Translations under genes and position numbers: made by a program | NCBI GenBank assembly: GCA_040904565.1 | Contig: JBBDTI010000008.1 | Location: forward strand, 1 to 12,236 | Origin: Rhodothermales bacterium | GTDB lineage: Bacteria; Bacteroidota; Rhodothermia; Rhodothermales; VXPQ01 | Direction: 5' to 3' | DNA length: 12,236 nt | Notes under the pieces: model-generated | What the model was told of the DNA's origin: nothing | Database searches by the model: none | What the model saw: only the letters and a program-made list of their open reading frames with translations | Shown here: piece after piece, positions 8,010-12,236 of the stretch | How the letters are laid out: every line of letters begins with the position of its first letter | How positions within the stretch are numbered: position 1 is the first letter of the stretch

Positions 8010-9086
8010 TCAGACGCAGCGTTTGAACGTGGCGTTGATGCGCCGACGGCCTGCATCCGATTTCTTCCACTGCACGAGGATGGGACTCTGGTACGTGCCC
8101 TGAATGATCTTCCCACCGGCATTGTCATCTGTTTCCGTGTCGCACACGAGAAGGCGAACGGACCGCTTCATACGCAGGAAGCGGGAGGCGGGAAAGGCAA
8201 AAAGGCGATCGATGACGCGCTCGACCAGCGACTCATTCAGCCCGAGCCGGTCCAGCACCTGGTTGACGACGTGGACGAGATCGTACTTGGCGTAGTTCTT
8301 CGCCTTACCGGGAATGGCTTTCGGGTCGCGCAGCATACTTCGGCCTTTCGCCGCAACGTGGCGCATCGGGTTCCGCAGGACGTCCACGAGATCGTGCTGC
8401 ATCAGCAGCGTCTCGTACTCGTTTACGGTTAATCCGGCATTCTGCTCGCCTGCGTCGAGGTCAAGTTCGATCCATCCCTTGTCGATGCCGGCCCTACGTA
8501 CGTGCTCCTGGAGGTGATGGTAGAGCCCGATCTCGCCGTTCTTCAAATTGATCGAATCGATGGCGTGGCCGGATACAGGCACGTCGAATTCGAATCGATC
8601 GACGACCTCGTCCTTGTTGTAGCCGACGACGGTCGATCGTCTCCGTCGCGGCCGGTCTTCCATCACACCGTCAAGATCCACGAAATAAACGGGCGTATCC
8701 GTTTCGTTCGTGTATGGGACGCAGTTCTCCAGCCCGGATCCGATGAACGTGAGGTGGGAGTCCGCATTCCGAGGCTCCGACTTCCGTTCCTCCGCCGTAA
8801 GCTCCGTTCGGAGGTGAAGTTGATCGTGATGATAATCACTGTTCGGAGGGAAAAGCTCCTGAAACGCGCGCAGCAGGATCTGAAGGGAATCCGGACTGTG
8901 ATCCAGGCGGCGAACGAGGTGCTGGTCGAAGTATCCCGCGGTGGTATGGTGCGAGCAGTAGAGCGTACGATCGTATTGATCGAGGACGTCGCCGTAATGC
9001 TCGCGAATGCGTTGCTTGATATCGATAACGTCAACGCGAGAGGAAGGCGTTACGTCAACCGTAAGTCTCGTCGTCTGGGAGCTCAT
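8010..9086 (-). CDS. Uncharacterised protein with two tandem YjbQ/UPF0047-like domains
   Basis: N-half: VIDI, HTTAG (47-51), LFPPNSDYHHD (78-88), NADSH (107-111), VYFVDLDG...PRRRRSTVVG. C-half: VRRAGIDKG, AGLTVNE (217-223), GKIIQGTYQSPILVQW...RRINAT. Confidence 0.8.
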   Translation of the reverse strand: MSSQTTRLTVDVTPSSRVDVIDIKQRIREHYGDVLDQYDRTLYCSHHTTAGYFDQHLVRRLDHSPDSLQILLRAFQELFPPNSDYHHDQLHLRTELTAEERKSEPRNADSHLTFIGSGLENCVPYTNETDTPVYFVDLDGVMEDRPRRRRSTVVGYNKDEVVDRFEFDVPVSGHAIDSINLKNGEIGLYHHLQEHVRRAGIDKGWIELDLDAGEQNAGLTVNEYETLLMQHDLVDVLRNPMRHVAAKGRSMLRDPKAIPGKAKNYAKYDLVHVVNQVLDRLGLNESLVERVIDRLFAFPASRFLRMKRSVRLLVCDTETDDNAGGKIIQGTYQSPILVQWKKSDAGRRRINATFKRCV

Positions 9087-9169
9087 AGCATGCGCATGAG
9101 GAATTGCTTCCGTCGAACAGAGGGACCGCTTTTCATACGTCGAATCACATAGTACGAATCGAGGAGGGC

Positions 9170-9194
9170 GAAGAAAAGCCGCGTACGGGGCTTC
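9170..9194 (-). terminator. Possible weak intrinsic terminator after xseA
   Basis: On the - strand, AAGCC-CCGTACGC-GGCTT runs into TTCTTC about 30 nt after the xseA stop. The stem is short. Confidence 0.35.
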
Positions 9195-9222
9195 AACGCT
9201 GGTTGACCCTCGATCGGTTGTA

Positions 9223-10467
9223 CTACGATTCGCTGCTGTCGAGTTCGAAGGCGGGTCCGTCGGCCGTCACCGGTACGCGTCCGTTCGCGAACCGAAGAAC
9301 GAGCCGGTCTCCCTCAGAGACGGCCGCCGCGTCGCGAATGATCCCGTCACCGCGTTCAACGAGGATGTAGCCGCGTTCGAGCGGGCGCGTGGGACTGAGG
9401 AGCTCAAGACGATCTCGAAGTGCCTGCACTCCGGAGCGCCGTACTTCGATACGGCGTTCCGAGGAACGGTTTAAGCGTTCTACGAGTCCGTCTACCCGCT
9501 GAACGTACTGGCGAAGCCGATCCGCGGGCCGCTTGAATCCATACGTGGAGATCAAATGACGGATGTGGCGCCGAGATTGGTCGACGTGCCTCTGGAGAGA
9601 GGTCGTGAGTACGGCCGCCCGTGCATCGAGAGCCCCGAGGATCTCTTTCCTGTCCGGTACGGCGATCTCGGCAGCCATCGACGGCGTGGCCGCGCGTCGG
9701 TCCGCGACGAAGTCGCAGATCGAGAAGTCGGTTTCGTGTCCAACAGCGCTTATGATCGGGATGCGGGAAGCATGGACGGCCCGGGCTACCACTTCTTCGT
9801 TGAAGGCCCATAGATCTTCGAGCGAGCCGCCTCCACGACCTACAATCAGTGCATCGGCGGGTCTGTCCTGGCGGTTGAACAGATCGATGGCCCGCGCGAT
9901 CTCGTCGCCGGCTCCCATCCCCTGCACCTGAACGGGGCAGACCTGCACGTCGACGCACGGGAACCGTCGTTCCAGCGTACTCAGGATGTCGTGCAAGGCC
10001 GCCCCGGTACCGGACGTGACGATGCCCAGGCGTAGGGGATACCTGGGTATCGGTCTTTTGCGCTCCCGATCGAAGAGTCCTTCGGCCGCGAGTTTGTTCT
10101 TCAATGCCTCGAATGCTTTCTGGAGGGCGCCTTCACCGGCCATCTTCATCCCACGAACGATGATCTGCAGGTCCCCCCGCGGTTCGTACACCGAGGCCGA
10201 CCCATAGGCGTGTACGAGCATGCCGTCCTGTGGATTAAACGATACGCGGCGGGCATCTCCCCTAAACATGACGCCGCGAATCTGTGCGTCTTCGTCCTTC
10301 AGCGTGAAATAGCAGTGGCCGGACGAATGCCGCTTGAAGTTGGAGAGCTCTCCCTCCACCCATACGTCGCTGAACCGGCTCTCTACCAGCTCGCGAAGGG
10401 ATCCCGTAAGGCCGCTGACGGAGAGGACTTCAGGCTCCCGAGGAGAAAAATCGAGGGAGGATTGCAT
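9223..10467 (-). CDS. xseA: Exodeoxyribonuclease VII large subunit
   Basis: OB fold (VWVEGELSNF..HSSGHCYFTLKD), GIVTSGTGAALHDI, GRGGGSLEDLWAFNEE, SAVGHETDF, DRRAATPSMAAE and LSPTRPLERGY. Start reassigned to ATG 10467 (MQSSLDF..., 414 aa) because the longer ORF overlaps the divergent phosphatase. Confidence 0.98.
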   Translation of the reverse strand: MQSSLDFSPREPEVLSVSGLTGSLRELVESRFSDVWVEGELSNFKRHSSGHCYFTLKDEDAQIRGVMFRGDARRVSFNPQDGMLVHAYGSASVYEPRGDLQIIVRGMKMAGEGALQKAFEALKNKLAAEGLFDRERKRPIPRYPLRLGIVTSGTGAALHDILSTLERRFPCVDVQVCPVQVQGMGAGDEIARAIDLFNRQDRPADALIVGRGGGSLEDLWAFNEEVVARAVHASRIPIISAVGHETDFSICDFVADRRAATPSMAAEIAVPDRKEILGALDARAAVLTTSLQRHVDQSRRHIRHLISTYGFKRPADRLRQYVQRVDGLVERLNRSSERRIEVRRSGVQALRDRLELLSPTRPLERGYILVERGDGIIRDAAAVSEGDRLVLRFANGRVPVTADGPAFELDSSES

Positions 10468-10618
10468 GCGAATTCTGGATGAGAAGGGATATTCCGGGCA
10501 CGGAGTGATATTTAAGACACGACTCATAGCGGGTCGCGTGCGGCATAGTTTCAGCAACATCGTTTCACTGTCGGAGCCGCCGTGCCGATTGTTACGCATC
10601 CATCGGAAGAGAATCATT

Positions 10619-10643
10619 CGATCTATGACTGGCGATCTATGAC
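10619..10643 (+). repeat. 11-bp direct repeat overlapping the phosphatase start codon
   Basis: CGATCTATGAC at 10619-10629 and 10633-10643. Confidence 0.75.
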
Positions 10644-11142
10644 GGATAGAAAGATACGGATCATGTTCGTTTGTCTGGGTAACATCTGCCGCAGTCCGCT
10701 CGCAGAATATCTTTTCCGGAGGCACGTCGAAGAGGCGGGGATGAACGCCGAGTTCGACGTCCGATCCTCCGGCACGGGAGACTGGCACGTCGGTCAGGGA
10801 GCCGACACGCGAATGCGGACGAAGGCTGCCGAATACGGTGTTTCACTGGACGGGCACCGTGCCAGCCAGTTCGATCGGACCGACCTTGACGAGTTCGATT
10901 ATATCTTCGCGATGGACAAGAACAACCTGCACGACGTTCTGTACCTCGATCGGGAGGACGAACACGGGAACAAGGTGCGGCTCTTCAGGGAATTCGATCC
11001 GGAGCCGGAGGATTACCAGGTACCCGATCCGTATCACGGCGGAGCCCGTGGATTCGAGAACGTGTATCAGATCGTGGATCGTACCGTGGAGATGCTCCTG
11101 GCGCGGCTCGTTGAGGAGCACGATCTGACACCAGCGGAGTGA
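10639..11142 (+). CDS. Low-molecular-weight protein-tyrosine phosphatase
   Basis: P-loop FVCLGNICRSPLAE, SSGTGDWHVG, FDYIFAMD and general-acid loop VPDPYHG. Start taken as ATG 10639 (MTDRKIRIMF), since the P-loop sits near the N-terminus in this family. Confidence 0.96.
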   Translation: MTDRKIRIMFVCLGNICRSPLAEYLFRRHVEEAGMNAEFDVRSSGTGDWHVGQGADTRMRTKAAEYGVSLDGHRASQFDRTDLDEFDYIFAMDKNNLHDVLYLDREDEHGNKVRLFREFDPEPEDYQVPDPYHGGARGFENVYQIVDRTVEMLLARLVEEHDLTPAE

Positions 11143-12011
11143 TGCTGCCGCCGGACGTCGCCTCGGCCATCGAACTGCATCTCGACGCGTCCGTCGTACG
11201 CACGCAGGCTGTAGGCGGCGGCTGCATCTCGCACGCCACACGCGTGGATACGGACCGGTGCTCCGTGTTCGTCAAGTGGAGCAGGAAGGAGGCCGCTGCT
11301 ACGTTTCCCGCGGAGGCTGCCGGATTACGGGCCCTCCGTGATGCCGACGGCGGCCTCATCGTTCCCGAGCCGCTCGTCGCGCGGGGTGGGTCCGACGCGT
11401 CATGCGGATTTCTCGTGCTCGAGTGGATCGAAACCGGCGAACGTGCGGCAGAATATTGGGAAACGCTCGGTGCCGGTCTTGCAGCGCTGCATCGGAGAAC
11501 CGCCTCGCAGTACGGTTTCGAGCAGGACAATTTTATCGGCCGCCTGCCCCAGAACAACGATTGGAGTGCGTCGTGGCCGGACTTCTTCCGTTCGAGGCGC
11601 CTCGAGGTTCAGGTGCGCCGAGCCCGGGAGGGTGGGCACTGGAACGAAAGCTGGAACGGACCGATGGACCGGCTCATGAACCGGCTGGACGAGCTGCTTC
11701 CGGCGTCACCACCGCCGTCGATGCTGCACGGCGATCTGTGGAGTGGAAACATTATGGTGACCGATCGAGGCGCGCCGGCGCTCATCGATCCGGCCGCCTA
11801 TTACGGTCACCGCGAAGCCGATCTGGCCATGTCGGAACTTTTCGGCGGATTCTCGTCGACGTTCTTCCAGGCTTACAGGGAAGCATGGCCCCTGGAATCG
11901 GGTTATTACGAACGGCGCCAGGTATATAACCTGTATCACCTCATCAATCACCTTAACCACTTTGGCTCGGGATATGCCGGGTCCGTGGCGCGCGTGCTCG
12001 AAGGATTTTGA
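11142..12011 (+). CDS. Fructosamine/ketosamine-3-kinase family protein
   Basis: GGGCIS Gly-loop, FVK, AEAAGLRAL, LHGDLWSGN, IDPAAYYGHREADLAMSELFGGF and YNLYHLINHLNHFGSGY. The start overlaps the phosphatase stop (GTGATG; GTG 11139 or ATG 11142). Confidence 0.96.
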   Translation: MLPPDVASAIELHLDASVVRTQAVGGGCISHATRVDTDRCSVFVKWSRKEAAATFPAEAAGLRALRDADGGLIVPEPLVARGGSDASCGFLVLEWIETGERAAEYWETLGAGLAALHRRTASQYGFEQDNFIGRLPQNNDWSASWPDFFRSRRLEVQVRRAREGGHWNESWNGPMDRLMNRLDELLPASPPPSMLHGDLWSGNIMVTDRGAPALIDPAAYYGHREADLAMSELFGGFSSTFFQAYREAWPLESGYYERRQVYNLYHLINHLNHFGSGYAGSVARVLEGF

Positions 12012-12068
12012 GGCACCGGGCAGGCTTAGCTCGCCTCCCGCGGATTATCGCCTCCGGGGCGCACGAAG

Positions 12069-12236
12069 CTAGTCGATCTTGAACGGAGAATCCGGTCGGT
12101 CTTCGTGCCGTATCTCGTCGACCGGACCGTGTTTGTTCTCTCCAGCATAGAGCCGGTTGGGGCAGTTGACGATCAACGCGTCGTCGTCACCCACGTTGCG
12201 ATAGGCATGTACGACGCGGGGTGGCACGATGAGGGC
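12069..12236 (-). CDS. C-terminal part of an RmlC-like cupin (dTDP-4-dehydrorhamnose 3,5-epimerase-like), cut by the window edge
   Basis: Not in the ORF track. Manual translation gives ALIVPPRVVHAYRNVGDDDALIVNCPNRLYAGENKHGPVDEIRHEDRPDSPFKID* (TAG at 12071-12069), containing cupin motif 2 (PPxVxHxYxN). Confidence 0.8.
   Translation of the reverse strand, partial: ALIVPPRVVHAYRNVGDDDALIVNCPNRLYAGENKHGPVDEIRHEDRPDSPFKID

Noticed and set aside
6589-10467. Retron or anti-phage defence system built around ExoVII
   Set aside because: There is no reverse transcriptase, msr-msd-like long inverted repeat or effector in the window.
10582-10638. N-terminal extension of the LMW-PTP from GTG 10582
   Set aside because: The family P-loop normally sits about 10 residues from the N-terminus, which fits ATG 10639.
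10468-10638. Riboswitch or defined promoter in the xseA/phosphatase divergent region
   Set aside because: A few weak stems and an AT-rich patch (GATATTTAAG) are present, but no consensus I can support.
10468-10788. 107-aa N-terminal extension of XseA in the ORF track
   Set aside because: It overlaps the divergent phosphatase in antisense and has no XseA similarity. Homology starts just after Met at 10467.
23-11960. Long alternative-frame and antisense ORFs (e.g. 23-583, 1640-2269, 1659-2429, 3365-4171, 5002-5559, 8502-9152, 10985-11557)
   Set aside because: They overlap well-supported genes and have no recognisable motifs. They are typical shadow ORFs of GC-rich DNA.

Overview
GC-rich, mostly housekeeping window. 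Gene content and order suggest a Bacteroidota/Rhodothermota-type organism (inference). The + strand opens with lepA (5' end cut by the window edge), a secreted hypothetical protein and two tandem signal peptidase I (lepB) paralogues. The - strand carries xseA, an unusual 358-aa protein built from two YjbQ/UPF0047-like domains, xseB, a conserved Cys/His hypothetical protein and a YkuD-type L,D-transpeptidase. A + strand SDR and a 418-bp intergenic gap with a degenerate 13-bp tandem array also lie between xseA and xseB. Divergent from xseA is a translationally coupled LMW protein-tyrosine phosphatase + fructosamine-3-kinase pair, followed by the 3' end of an RmlC-like cupin. I found no RNA gene, CRISPR array or mobile element. 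The best novelty candidate is the tandem YjbQ protein, whose two halves keep complementary parts of the family motif set. All family assignments come from motif recognition by eye, not database searches.
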